Source of the DNA: Patescibacteria group bacterium
GTDB taxonomy: Bacteria; Patescibacteriota; Patescibacteriia; Magasanikbacterales; UBA922
DNA length: 64,000 nucleotides
NCBI GenBank assembly: GCA_018823045.1
Contig: JAHJIX010000016.1
Coordinates: 2,961 to 66,960 of the forward strand
Direction: 5' to 3'
Part shown: positions 17,622 through 27,090 of the stretch, in pieces
How the letters are laid out: every line of letters starts with the position of its first letter
How positions within the stretch are numbered: the first letter of the stretch is position 1
Program-made: the position numbers and the translations under genes
Notes under the pieces: generated by a model
Told to the model about the DNA's origin: nothing
The model's input: only the letters and a program-made list of their open reading frames with translations
Databases searched by the model: none

Positions 17622-18230
17622 ATGAAAATAGATTTTCAGTTACCAACTGATGGAAAATATCATCAATATTGTATAAAGTGTAATTCTGAACATATTCATA
17701 AAATTATTAAGGATACTCGAACATATTATGAATGTGAAGATTGTAAAGACATATCTCCTCGTCTTATCGTTGTTGATCCAAAAATAGATTGTTGGGTAGA
17801 TGAAGACACAAAAGAATATTGGCATAAAAGTGTTGGAATCTTTGTGTTTAATGAAGACAACGAAGCATTGTTTTTTGAACGAGTTATGTATCCTTTTGTT
17901 TTTACTATTCCAGCGGGTCATCTTGATATAGGAGAAAAACCTGCTGAAGCAGTTAAAAGAGAGTTATTAGAAGAAACTGGTTTAAAAATAGATGCTGTAA
18001 AGTTTACTGTTCAAGAAAATATTATTGGTGATAAATGTTGGAGAGGTTCAGATAATCATATGTGGCATTTATATGTTGGAAAAATGAAAAAAACAAATAA
18101 TATCATATTAAATGATGAAGGAGTAAAAGCTACATGGTTGACATTAGAGCAAGCATTAAATGTTCCATTGCCTTATCCTGTTGAGTATTTTATCAAAAAA
18201 TATGGGAATTCATTATTTCAGGATGTATAA
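17622..18230 (+). CDS. Zn-ribbon-fused NUDIX hydrolase
   Basis: CIKCNSEH...CEDCKD four-Cys ribbon, then Nudix box GHLDIGEKPAEAVKRELLEETG. Confidence 0.7.
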   Translation: MKIDFQLPTDGKYHQYCIKCNSEHIHKIIKDTRTYYECEDCKDISPRLIVVDPKIDCWVDEDTKEYWHKSVGIFVFNEDNEALFFERVMYPFVFTIPAGHLDIGEKPAEAVKRELLEETGLKIDAVKFTVQENIIGDKCWRGSDNHMWHLYVGKMKKTNNIILNDEGVKATWLTLEQALNVPLPYPVEYFIKKYGNSLFQDV

Positions 18231-18291
18231 TGAGTTGGAAAAATATATCTAACATAGACTAGACATATTATTTACTTAAGGAGGAACACAT

Positions 18292-18750
18292 ATGCCAAAT
18301 AAAAATAATACAGAAAAACAATCAATGGCACTTTTTCATGAAAAAAAAGTTCGTCGTTATTTTGATGAAGAACAAGAACTGTGGTATTTTTCGGTTATTG
18401 ATGTTATTGCTATTTTGACAGATAGCTCACGTCCAAGAAAATATTGGAATGCTTTGAAAACAAAGTTAAAAGAAGATGGAAGTCAGTTGTCCCAAGATAT
18501 GGGACAACTGAAAATGTTATCTTCTGATGGGAAAAAATATTTAACTGATGTTGCTACCACAGAACAACTTTTTCGCTTAATACAGTCGGTTCCATCACCA
18601 AAAGCAGAACCTTTTAAACTTTGGTTAGCGAAAGTAGGAGAGACCGCAGGAAAAGCGAGAGAAGATATTGAAAAGAAAATTGGAGAGAGTGTTGTTTCAA
18701 GTGATAATGCGACACAATTGCAAAATAAAGATAGAAAAAAGTTAACATAA
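18292..18750 (+). CDS. Bro-N domain protein (phage antirepressor / DinD-like N-terminal domain)
   Basis: FDEEQELWYFSVIDVIAILTDSSRPRKYWNALK matches the Bro-N pattern; perfect SD AAGGAGGA upstream. Confidence 0.5.
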   Translation: MPNKNNTEKQSMALFHEKKVRRYFDEEQELWYFSVIDVIAILTDSSRPRKYWNALKTKLKEDGSQLSQDMGQLKMLSSDGKKYLTDVATTEQLFRLIQSVPSPKAEPFKLWLAKVGETAGKAREDIEKKIGESVVSSDNATQLQNKDRKKLT

Positions 18751-18751
18751 T

Positions 18752-19963
18752 ATGCCAGATAAAAACACTCCACTAGCTGCACGCATGCGTCCGCAAACAT
18801 TTGATGAATTTGTGGGGCAAGAACATTTAGTGGGTGAAGGAAAATTACTTAGAAAATTAGCAGAGCAGGGGAAATTAACCTCTGCTATTTTTTGGGGTCC
18901 TCCTGGAGTGGGGAAAACGACATTGGCTCACATGATTGCAAACTATGCAGAGGCACATATGGAAATGCTTTCAGCTGTGCGTAGTGGTAAAAAAGATTTG
19001 TTGGCTTGTTTAGCACGAGCAGAGAAACGTTTAGAAAAAGAAGAAAAAACACTCTTGTTTATCGATGAGATTCATCGGTGGAGTAAAACACAGCAAGACA
19101 CTCTTTTGCCTTATGTTGAAAAAGGAAAAGTGACACTTATTGGGGCCACAACAGAAAATCCATCCTTTGAAGTTATTCATGCCTTGCTCTCTAGATCAAG
19201 AGTTTTTGTCTTAAAATCATTGACGACTAAAGATATTGTTCAGGTACTTGTATTTGCGTTAAAGGCAGAAAAGGGTTTGGGTACAAAAGATATCCAGATA
19301 AAAAAAGAGATACTAGAATTACTGGCTGAACGTGCTGGCGGAGATGCTCGAGTAGCGTTAAATGCTCTAGAATTAGCAGTAGAAGCACAAAGTAGTGAGA
19401 ACAAAATTACGTTAAGCTCTGATGATATTGAAGAAGCTTTACAGCGCAGTATCATGGTTTTTGATAAAAAAGGAGATGCATTTTATAGTATTATCTCAGC
19501 ACTCCATAAATCAATGCGGGGTTCAGATGCACATGCGTCTTTGTATTGGCTTGCTCGGATGGTTGAGGCGGGAGCTGATCCACTCTACATTGCTCGGCGT
19601 GTACTTCGCTTTGCTTCAGAAGATATTGGTATGGCAAATAGCGAAGCGATGATTCAAGCAAACGCAGCATATGATGCCTGTCATAAATTAGGGTATCCTG
19701 AGTGTACGGTGCATTTAGCGCAAGCAGTGGTGTATTGTGCCAAATCCAAAAAATCTAATCTTCTTTATACTGCATATGGAGCTGCAGCAAAAGATGCAAA
19801 AAACACATCTCATTTGTCAGTACCAAAACACTTAGTGAATGCCCCAACAAAGATGATGAAAAATATGGGTTATGGAAAGGGGTATAAGTATAATCCTGAC
19901 TATGATGGAAAAGTCGATCAGACATATTTTCCAGATGAGTTAGTCGGGAAGGCTTATTTTTAG
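18752..19963 (+). CDS. rarA: Replication-associated recombination protein A (AAA+ ATPase)
   Basis: FDEFVGQEHL, Walker A GPPGVGKTT, Walker B LFIDEIHR, C-terminal MgsA helical domain. Confidence 0.85.
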   Translation: MPDKNTPLAARMRPQTFDEFVGQEHLVGEGKLLRKLAEQGKLTSAIFWGPPGVGKTTLAHMIANYAEAHMEMLSAVRSGKKDLLACLARAEKRLEKEEKTLLFIDEIHRWSKTQQDTLLPYVEKGKVTLIGATTENPSFEVIHALLSRSRVFVLKSLTTKDIVQVLVFALKAEKGLGTKDIQIKKEILELLAERAGGDARVALNALELAVEAQSSENKITLSSDDIEEALQRSIMVFDKKGDAFYSIISALHKSMRGSDAHASLYWLARMVEAGADPLYIARRVLRFASEDIGMANSEAMIQANAAYDACHKLGYPECTVHLAQAVVYCAKSKKSNLLYTAYGAAAKDAKNTSHLSVPKHLVNAPTKMMKNMGYGKGYKYNPDYDGKVDQTYFPDELVGKAYF

Positions 19964-19996
19964 ACAAAAACACTAATCTGCGCTATAGTAGCATAT

Positions 19997-21097
19997 ATGG
20001 ATCAATCAAAGTATACAATTTACTCAAAAACAGAAGAAGCTTGGGATGGCATGTATAAGTCAATTCAGCATGCGACCCAGTCAATTTATTGGGAAATGTA
20101 TATTTTTTCTGATGATATTATCGGGAAGAAATTTTTAGATTTACTTGAAAAAAAAGCAAAAGAGGGTTTAGATGTGAAGTTAATTATTGATGCCTTTGGA
20201 AGTTTTTGGGTATCAAATAAGCGGGCCAATTCTTTAAAAAAGGCTGGCGTAGATATGCATTTTTTTTCTGAACGAAAGCATAAGTATCGAGGATGGTGGC
20301 GGATGCTTATTTCTCGTACTCATAGAAAGATTTTGATTATTGATGAAAACATTGGGTTTATTGGTGGGGTCAATGTACAAGATTCCATGAAAGATTGGTT
20401 AGATATTCAGGTAAAGATAGAAGGAAAAGTTGTGCATTCATTACTCAGAGCTTTTGCTAAAATGTATATTATTTGCGGAGGATATAAAAAAGAAGTTCGT
20501 CATTTGTTGAAATATAAATTTCGGGTATTAAATGATAAGATTAACTTTATTTTTGATCATGCGCATAAGAAAAAATCATTTGCACGAAAAAAATATACAG
20601 AGGCATTATTAAAAGCACGAGAACGGGTTATTTTATTTTCTCCATATTATTTCCCGGATAAAAAGTTTTTATATGCATTGTGGCAGGCAAGAAAGCGAGG
20701 AGTGAAGGTTGATCTGCTTATTCCATTTCGTTCAGATTTGCGCATCGTTACGTATGCCGCTTATGCGTGGTTTTCTGTGATGAAAAAAATGGGAGTAAAT
20801 GTGCGACTTAGTAAAAAAATGATGCATGGGAAAGGGGTCATTATGGATGATGATTGGACTATGGTTGGGAGTAGTAATATTGAGTCGACAAGTTTTCATG
20901 ATAATTATGAAGCAAATGTACAAATTTCAGATAAAGTATTTGTAAAAAGGATGAAAGATATTGTAGAAGGATGGATGAAAGATTCTTTATCTTTGGAAGA
21001 TATAAAATGGGAAAAACGTGGATGGTGGCAAAAAGTACAAGAGCGAATGGCTCGTCGTATGTATCGTTTTTGGCATCGTCGTACTCAAGATAAATAA
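19997..21097 (+). CDS. Phospholipase D family / cardiolipin synthase-like
   Basis: Two HKD motifs: HRKILIIDENIGFIGGVN and HGKGVIMDDDWTMVGSSN. Confidence 0.7.
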   Translation: MDQSKYTIYSKTEEAWDGMYKSIQHATQSIYWEMYIFSDDIIGKKFLDLLEKKAKEGLDVKLIIDAFGSFWVSNKRANSLKKAGVDMHFFSERKHKYRGWWRMLISRTHRKILIIDENIGFIGGVNVQDSMKDWLDIQVKIEGKVVHSLLRAFAKMYIICGGYKKEVRHLLKYKFRVLNDKINFIFDHAHKKKSFARKKYTEALLKARERVILFSPYYFPDKKFLYALWQARKRGVKVDLLIPFRSDLRIVTYAAYAWFSVMKKMGVNVRLSKKMMHGKGVIMDDDWTMVGSSNIESTSFHDNYEANVQISDKVFVKRMKDIVEGWMKDSLSLEDIKWEKRGWWQKVQERMARRMYRFWHRRTQDK

Positions 21098-21102
21098 TAT
21101 AT

Positions 21103-21672
21103 ATGGAAGACAAAAGATTATTATTTCACGTGTGTTGTGGACCGTGTAGTATTGCATTATTTGAAGAATTAAAAACAGCATATACAGAAGTGGTGGCATA
21201 TTTTTATAATCCAAATATTCATCCAGAAGCTGAGTATATAAAAAGACGAGATGTGGTCAAACAACTGTGTGAAAAAGCAGGAGTTCCGTTTATAGAAGGG
21301 CCGTATAATAAAGAACATTGGTTCGCTCTGACTGATGCATATAAGGCAAATAATGAAGGTGGAGCGCGTTGTAAGATTTGTTTTGATATGCGCTTAGAAG
21401 AAGCAATGCGTTATGCTGATGAGCAAAAGTTTGATATTGTTGCAACAAGTATCACGAGTGGGCGCAATAAGCGGGCTGATGTGATTAATCCATTGGGGAA
21501 TGTCTGGGCAGAAACATATGGGTTAACTTTTTTAGAAGCAGATTGGAAAAAAGGCGGACGACAAGAAAAGGGCATTCAGCTAGCAAAAGAGGAAGATATT
21601 TATCGCCAAGAGTATTGTGGTTGTATTTATTCAAAACTTGTGCGAGAGAAGAAAATAAAAGAAAAACAGTAG
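21103..21672 (+). CDS. queH: Epoxyqueuosine reductase QueH (DUF208)
   Basis: LLFHVCCGPCS ... YFYNPNIHP; conserved Cys cluster CGCIYS. Confidence 0.75.
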   Translation: MEDKRLLFHVCCGPCSIALFEELKTAYTEVVAYFYNPNIHPEAEYIKRRDVVKQLCEKAGVPFIEGPYNKEHWFALTDAYKANNEGGARCKICFDMRLEEAMRYADEQKFDIVATSITSGRNKRADVINPLGNVWAETYGLTFLEADWKKGGRQEKGIQLAKEEDIYRQEYCGCIYSKLVREKKIKEKQ

Positions 21673-21701
21673 AGAATGAGTAGTCTGAATTATTAAAGAT
21701 T

Positions 21702-21803
21702 ACGTCATTGCGAGGAGGAGGTACGATGACGAAGCAATCCCATTGTTTCATGCAATAAAGAATGAGATTGTCGCTGTGTGCTAGCGCCACCTCGCAATGA
21801 CGT
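21702..21803. repeat. MITE-like repeat, copy B
   Basis: acgtcattgcgaggaggaggtacgatgacgaagcaatcccattgtttcatgcaataa ... ctcgcaatgacgt; same terminal inverted repeats and micro-ORF (MTKQSHCFMQ) as copy A. Confidence 0.7.
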
Positions 21804-21858
21804 ATCTCATTTGCATTACTCATTAAATAAGAAAATTTTATTTGGTAATAAATAATAC

Positions 21859-22632
21859 ATGTTTATAAATACTATTAATCCTATACTGCTTCAAGCAAGT
21901 ATATTCACCATTCGTTGGTATGGTGTTTTTTTAGCACTTGGTGTTGTTATTGCCTCGTTGATTATTCGGCGCTTGTTTATTCGTCATCAATTAGGTGAAG
22001 AAATGGCACTGTCTTTGGTCATTTGGTTAACGGTGGGTGGACTTATTGGTGCGAGACTTGGTGAAGCTTTATTTTACGAACCGGCATATTATTTTGCTGA
22101 TCCTATTCGAATATTATTTGTGCATCAGGGTGGACTTTCAAGTCACGGTATGACGCTTGGAATACTTATTACTTTTGCATTGTTTACTTGGAGAAAAAAA
22201 CTTGATTGGAAGTGTGCCATGGATATTGTTTCTTTGGGCATTCCAATTGTTGCTGGTTTTATTCGTGTGGGAAATTTTTTTAATTCAGAAATTGTTGGGC
22301 GAGTAACAGATATGCCATGGGGAGTATACTTTCCACGTTATGAAACTATGCCGTTATTGTTGCGTCATCCAAGTCAATTATACGAAGCTTTTCTTGCTTG
22401 GAGTATTGCAGGAGTACTCTTTATACTCTATAAGAAGTATGGGATCAAGCGACCATTACTACTCACGAACACATTTGTGCTTCTTTATTTTTCAAGTAGA
22501 TTTTTTGTTGAATTTTTTAAAGAATATCAGACACTTTCACATGGTTTAACGATGGGGCAATGGCTCTCTCTTCCATTTATATTATGGGGTATTGGTTGGT
22601 TTGTATTGAGGTATCGTAAACAGTCATTTTAA
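21859..22632 (+). CDS. lgt: Prolipoprotein diacylglyceryl transferase
   Basis: WYGVFLALG ... GGLIGARLG ... Lgt signature RVGNFFNSEIVGR. Confidence 0.85.
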   Translation: MFINTINPILLQASIFTIRWYGVFLALGVVIASLIIRRLFIRHQLGEEMALSLVIWLTVGGLIGARLGEALFYEPAYYFADPIRILFVHQGGLSSHGMTLGILITFALFTWRKKLDWKCAMDIVSLGIPIVAGFIRVGNFFNSEIVGRVTDMPWGVYFPRYETMPLLLRHPSQLYEAFLAWSIAGVLFILYKKYGIKRPLLLTNTFVLLYFSSRFFVEFFKEYQTLSHGLTMGQWLSLPFILWGIGWFVLRYRKQSF

Positions 22633-22811
22633 TATGTTTATTCGTATATTATATCAATTTGTTTGTTGCGAAGTAATTCTGTCTTTTGAGGAATAAAAGA
22701 ATAAATAGTTGTGATAAAATGTATGTGTTTTTTAATAGAATTATCTATTAACCAGGCAGAATCAACAGGTCCTCACTGCACAAATTAATATAATATACTC
22801 TTGAATATTTC

Positions 22812-22848
22812 TATAAAAAAACAGTGTAGTTCTACACTGTTTTTTTTA
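22812..22848. terminator. Bidirectional rho-independent terminator (A-run, acagtgtag/ctacactgt stem, T-run)
   Basis: Perfect 8-9-bp stem flanked by A7 and T8; lies between convergent lgt and tsaE and overlaps the tsaE stop. Confidence 0.7.
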
Positions 22849-23269
22849 TCATTCTTCCTCCATCTTTTGTATGCTCTAATTCAAGGAGAATAGTTTTTTT
22901 GTTTTTGAGTAGTTCTGTTATTTTTCCAGGCCATTCGATAATACAGAGTGTATTTGGACTTCCAAGATAGTCTTCAACACCTATGTCTTTGAGCCCTTCT
23001 TCATCTTCAAGTCGGTATGTGTCTATATGAACAAGTTCTGTAATCTTGTTTATTTCTTGAGGAAGTTCATACAAATTCATAAGAGTAAATGTTGGACTCG
23101 TAAGTGGTTCGGTGAGTCCGAGTCCTTGTGCAATACCTTTACTCAAGGTTGTTTTACCAGCACCAAGATCTCCTTGGAGTAATAAAATGTCACCAGCCTT
23201 GCAGGTTGATGCAATTTGCCTTCCAATAGCAATTTGTTCTTCTTCTGTTGACGGGTTAAATATTTCCAT
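22832..23269 (-). CDS. tsaE: tRNA threonylcarbamoyladenosine biosynthesis ATPase TsaE
   Basis: GDILLLQGDLGAGKTTLSKGIAQGLGL ... SPTFTL. Confidence 0.85.
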   Translation of the reverse strand: MEIFNPSTEEEQIAIGRQIASTCKAGDILLLQGDLGAGKTTLSKGIAQGLGLTEPLTSPTFTLMNLYELPQEINKITELVHIDTYRLEDEEGLKDIGVEDYLGSPNTLCIIEWPGKITELLKNKKTILLELEHTKDGGRMIKKTV

Positions 23270-23390
23270 AGATATATATATGTATAGTATGTTTTCGTAT
23301 TATACGGGGTTTTTCTCATTTTGAGAAGGGGAATATAGTAATTTTGGTGATTTTTTGGTATAGTGAGAGTAAATATATAATTACACACAT

Positions 23391-23624
23391 ATGGAAAATA
23401 CGGTAAAATTAGGTAAATATAAACATTTTAAAGGAGCTGAAGTAGAAGTATTGGGTGTTGCCAGACACAGTGAAACCTTAGAGGAATTAGTGGTATATAA
23501 AAAATTAGTAGATCATGGTGGCCATAAAAAAGGAGAGATTTGGGTACGACCAGTTGCGATGTTTTTAGAGAGTGTTGATCGAGATGGGGAAGTGAAGCCT
23601 CGGTTTGAATGGATAAATATTTGA
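23391..23624 (+). CDS. DUF1653-family small protein
   Basis: KLGKYKHFKGAEVEVLGVARHSETLEELVVYKKL pattern typical of DUF1653. Confidence 0.5.
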   Translation: MENTVKLGKYKHFKGAEVEVLGVARHSETLEELVVYKKLVDHGGHKKGEIWVRPVAMFLESVDRDGEVKPRFEWINI

Positions 23625-23667
23625 CATTTGTTTAGTAACGTGATACGTTAATAGTAAGCAAGGAGGT

Positions 23668-23949
23668 ATGATAAAAAGTTTTTATTGTAAAGAAACAGAA
23701 AAAATATATCATGGTAAAAAAAGTCGCAAGTTGGCAATGCATATACAACGAAATACTATGCGTAAACTATGGATGATTCATGCTTCTATAGATATTGTAG
23801 ATTTACGTGTGCCACCTGCAAATCATTTAGAGCGATTAGTAGGAGATATGAAAGGATTTTTTAGTATTCGTATAAATAAACAATGGCGTATTTGTTTTCG
23901 TTGGAAACAAGGTCATGCTTACGATGTACATATTATTGATTATCATTAA
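23668..23949 (+). CDS. higB: Type II toxin HigB (RelE/ParE superfamily 'killer protein')
   Basis: 93 aa; conserved HigB-like C-terminus FFSIRINKQWRICFRWKQGHAYDVHIIDYH; immediately followed by a HigA-like gene. Confidence 0.75.
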   Translation: MIKSFYCKETEKIYHGKKSRKLAMHIQRNTMRKLWMIHASIDIVDLRVPPANHLERLVGDMKGFFSIRINKQWRICFRWKQGHAYDVHIIDYH

Positions 23950-23953
23950 CAAT

Positions 23954-24286
23954 ATGACAACAACATATTTACAAGCAATTCATCCAGGAGAAATTCTGTT
24001 AGAAGAATTTTTGACACCATTAGATATTTCTCAATATCGTCTAGCAAAAGATGTAGATGTACCACCAAGAAGGATTAATGAAATAGTGCATGCAAAAAGA
24101 TCTGTTAGTGCAGATACTGCTTTACGTTTAGCAAAATACTTTGGAGTTTCTGCTGAGTTTTGGCTTAATTTGCAAGCACAATATGATTTAGCTGTGCAAT
24201 CAAAAAAGATTTCAAAAGATTTAGAAAAAAAAGTAAAAGTACTTCATGTACAAGCAGTACAAAGTAATAATAAAGTAATAGTATAA
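23954..24286 (+). CDS. higA: Antitoxin HigA (XRE-family HTH)
   Basis: IHPGEILLEEFL ... LAKDVDVPPRRINEIVHAKRSVSADTALRLAKYFGVSAEFWLNLQ; start at the ATG at 23954 overlaps the higB end. Confidence 0.8.
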   Translation: MTTTYLQAIHPGEILLEEFLTPLDISQYRLAKDVDVPPRRINEIVHAKRSVSADTALRLAKYFGVSAEFWLNLQAQYDLAVQSKKISKDLEKKVKVLHVQAVQSNNKVIV

Positions 24287-24292
24287 TTACAT

Positions 24293-25723
24293 ATGTTTAA
24301 AAATGACAAACAACGTGCATTAATTTTATTTGCGAGTATTGCTATTGTACTTACGAGTACGGCTGTACTTGTTGCATTGCGCTTAGATATTTGGAATAAT
24401 TATGTTGAGGGTGGTACGCAGTCATTAAGTAAAGAATATAGAGAGGAGTTAGCGCAACAAATAGCAGCAGAAAGAGAAAGACAAAAAGTGCAAGAAGAGG
24501 TTCTTGAAGAAGATTCAGTTCTTTCTAAAAAACAAAAAATAGCCCAAAAGATAGGTAAGTTGTTTGAGGAAATTGAAGATGAATTGAATGTTGATATTAG
24601 GTATGATGAAAATCCTGATTTATTTATGAATTGGCAAAGAGAAGATAATACGTATATGGCTTTGCATGACGCATATGGTATTTCTTTTCAAGTTGCAATA
24701 GAAGACAAGAAAAAAGTAAATAAAGGTGTAATCGATTTTTTTAAAACTCGAGGTTTTATTATAAATGAAGGTGAAATATATTTTAAGGAAATAGATGGGA
24801 TTAGTAAGTTAACAGGGCATATTGAAAATAGAGATACGAGGTGTTCTTTTTATGGAAGAGATGTTAAGGATAGATTTAGTTATACTGTGCATTGTGCTCA
24901 ATTAACAGAACATGATCAGTTTGTTTATGAAACATTTTATCCGTTATTTGTAAAACGAGAAAGAGCAGGTACTTCATTTGTTGTTATGGCATTTAAGTCT
25001 CAGGTGTATGATGATTTTGTTTTTGGACGTATTGGTTATATGCCTACGGGAGCATCTTGGATTGCACAAAAGAAAGAAAATGGTTGGGAAATATTACATG
25101 TTGGGCAACAAGTTCCAACTTGTGATATTATTGCCGAAGTTCCATTAGAATTATATTCTCAGTGTTTTGATCCCGAAACGAATATATTAAAAAAGAGAAC
25201 AGAAATAGATATTCAAAAAGTTTTTGAACATAAGGATACATTAATTACATTTGTTTCTAGGAATATTAGTGTTAGTTTAGATAAAACAGATCGGGAGAGT
25301 GATTTATCTGTTTCATATACTTTGCCATATACAAAAGAATACATACAAGAAAATAAGGAAAGATATTTGGTGGATATTGTGGATGTCCCAGACTGTTCTT
25401 CTGGAAGTAAAATTAAAAATAGTTATATCGTGCCATTTACAGATATTCCACCATATGATCATGCAATTATTTCTATTAGACATTTTGGGTTAACTGATGA
25501 AATTCAAGAAGAATTTGATGCATTAAAAGAAAAAGTGGCTATGAGTGAGGATACAGCACCTCAGTTTGTATGTGGTTATATAGATAGAGATCCAAAAAAC
25601 CAAGAAAAAATAGAAGAAATGCTTGAGTTGTATAGAGAAACCTACGAAGAAGAGGATATGAAGAGAATTAATAAAGCATTAGAGATTTTAAAAGAGGATA
25701 AGTTAGATGCTGTGTTTTATTAA
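24293..25723 (+). CDS. Hypothetical 476-aa protein: N-terminal TM anchor, coiled coil, large uncharacterised domain
   Basis: TM helix ALILFASIAIVLTSTAVLVAL followed by a charged helical region; no motif recognised. Confidence 0.4.
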   Translation: MFKNDKQRALILFASIAIVLTSTAVLVALRLDIWNNYVEGGTQSLSKEYREELAQQIAAERERQKVQEEVLEEDSVLSKKQKIAQKIGKLFEEIEDELNVDIRYDENPDLFMNWQREDNTYMALHDAYGISFQVAIEDKKKVNKGVIDFFKTRGFIINEGEIYFKEIDGISKLTGHIENRDTRCSFYGRDVKDRFSYTVHCAQLTEHDQFVYETFYPLFVKRERAGTSFVVMAFKSQVYDDFVFGRIGYMPTGASWIAQKKENGWEILHVGQQVPTCDIIAEVPLELYSQCFDPETNILKKRTEIDIQKVFEHKDTLITFVSRNISVSLDKTDRESDLSVSYTLPYTKEYIQENKERYLVDIVDVPDCSSGSKIKNSYIVPFTDIPPYDHAIISIRHFGLTDEIQEEFDALKEKVAMSEDTAPQFVCGYIDRDPKNQEKIEEMLELYRETYEEEDMKRINKALEILKEDKLDAVFY

Positions 25724-25738
25724 TAAGGAATATCATAC

Positions 25739-26341
25739 ATGAAAAGAAAATTACAACAATTAAAAAAGAATATTATTACAGCAGATAATATTATGTATGC
25801 ACTTATTATCAGCTTGTTGGCAATATTTTCGCCAGATTTGGTGTTAATGGGGGTATATGCATTTTTGTATCCATATTTTTGGTTCACGAGAAGAACACAT
25901 GTTTTTCCTCATTTATATATTTCCTCAGCAATTGCATTATGTTGGATGCTTATTGCAAAAGAACAATATGGGTATAATCAAGAGATGTTGGTGATTGTTG
26001 AAATAAATATTTTTGCTTTATGTGCATGGGCTTTAGGTTTGTTTGCAATATATTTGATTTATTCTTATTGGGCAGATCGATTGAAATATAAGGAGCTGAG
26101 AAAAAAGACTTTATTGTTTGTTGTTATATATTGGGTACTTATTTTGTCAGCCGAAACAATTGCGTATCATGTATTTAACTTTAGAAATATATCAACTGAA
26201 ATATATGCAGGTCTCCCTGTTTGTGATTGTATCCATGCCCCAGGTTGGATGCAAGCATCTTATTTGATTTTAGGATTAATTTATTTTGCTATTTGTGAAT
26301 TGATTGGGCTTAAAAATCCCTATCAGATTAAAAAGAAATAA
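25739..26341 (+). CDS. Hypothetical polytopic membrane protein (about 5-6 TM)
   Basis: Hydrophobic helices throughout; possible CDCIHAPGW motif; no family recognised. Confidence 0.4.
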   Translation: MKRKLQQLKKNIITADNIMYALIISLLAIFSPDLVLMGVYAFLYPYFWFTRRTHVFPHLYISSAIALCWMLIAKEQYGYNQEMLVIVEINIFALCAWALGLFAIYLIYSYWADRLKYKELRKKTLLFVVIYWVLILSAETIAYHVFNFRNISTEIYAGLPVCDCIHAPGWMQASYLILGLIYFAICELIGLKNPYQIKKK

Positions 26342-26398
26342 AAAATTTGACAAAAAAAGTTAAATAGTATATACTTTAGTATATATTTAATTTTTACT

Positions 26399-26629
26399 AT
26401 GAATACTGCAAAAATATTTAAAAATGGACAAAGTCAAGCAGTTCGTCTTCCTAAAGAGTTTCGTTTTACTGAAGATGATGTATATATCAATAAAATAGGT
26501 GATGTTGTGCTGTTATATCCTAAAAAAAGTCCTTGGGATAGTTTAGAAAAAAGTCTTGATTTATTTACAGATGATTTTTTAGAAGAGAGAAATCAACCAA
26601 AGGATACTGACATACGTTCATCATTATAA
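26399..26629 (+). CDS. vapB: Antitoxin VapB (AbrB/SpoVT/MazE fold)
   Basis: AKIFKNGQSQAVRLPKEFRF swapped-hairpin motif. Confidence 0.75.
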   Translation: MNTAKIFKNGQSQAVRLPKEFRFTEDDVYINKIGDVVLLYPKKSPWDSLEKSLDLFTDDFLEERNQPKDTDIRSSL

Positions 26630-26639
26630 TAAAGTACAT

Positions 26640-27041
26640 ATGAAAAAATATTTATTAGATACGAATATTTGTATTTATATTATAAAAGAAAAGCCATATA
26701 CAGTAATCAAACAGTTAAAAAGTAAAAATATATCAGATATTGCTATTTCAAGTATTACTTTAGCTGAGTTAGAGTATGGAGTGGAGCATAGTAGTAAACC
26801 ATTACAAAATAGAATAGCCTTAAGTCAATTTTTAGCACCGATTGATGTGATTTCTTTTGATGGTATGAGTGCATATGAATATGGACGAATTAGAAATGAT
26901 TTACAGAAGAAAGGATCAATAATTGGACCATTAGATTTATTTATTGCAGCACACGCTGTATCATTAAATCGTATACTTGTAAGTAATAATATTAAAGAAT
27001 TTCAGCGGGTAGATGGTTTGAAAATAGAAAATTGGGTATAA
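26640..27041 (+). CDS. vapC: PIN-domain toxin VapC
   Basis: LLDTNICIYIIK N-terminal acidic-triad context; about 133 aa; directly downstream of vapB. Confidence 0.8.
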   Translation: MKKYLLDTNICIYIIKEKPYTVIKQLKSKNISDIAISSITLAELEYGVEHSSKPLQNRIALSQFLAPIDVISFDGMSAYEYGRIRNDLQKKGSIIGPLDLFIAAHAVSLNRILVSNNIKEFQRVDGLKIENWV

Positions 27042-27043
27042 AT

Positions 27044-27081
27044 AAAAAAAGACTCCGTATATACAACGAAGTCTTTTTTTA
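27044..27081. terminator. Bidirectional terminator hairpin (aagactccg ... cgaagtctt + T-run) between convergent vapC and glyA
   Basis: A-run, roughly 9-bp stem with one mismatch, T7. Confidence 0.6.
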
Positions 27082-27090
27082 TGTAATTAT

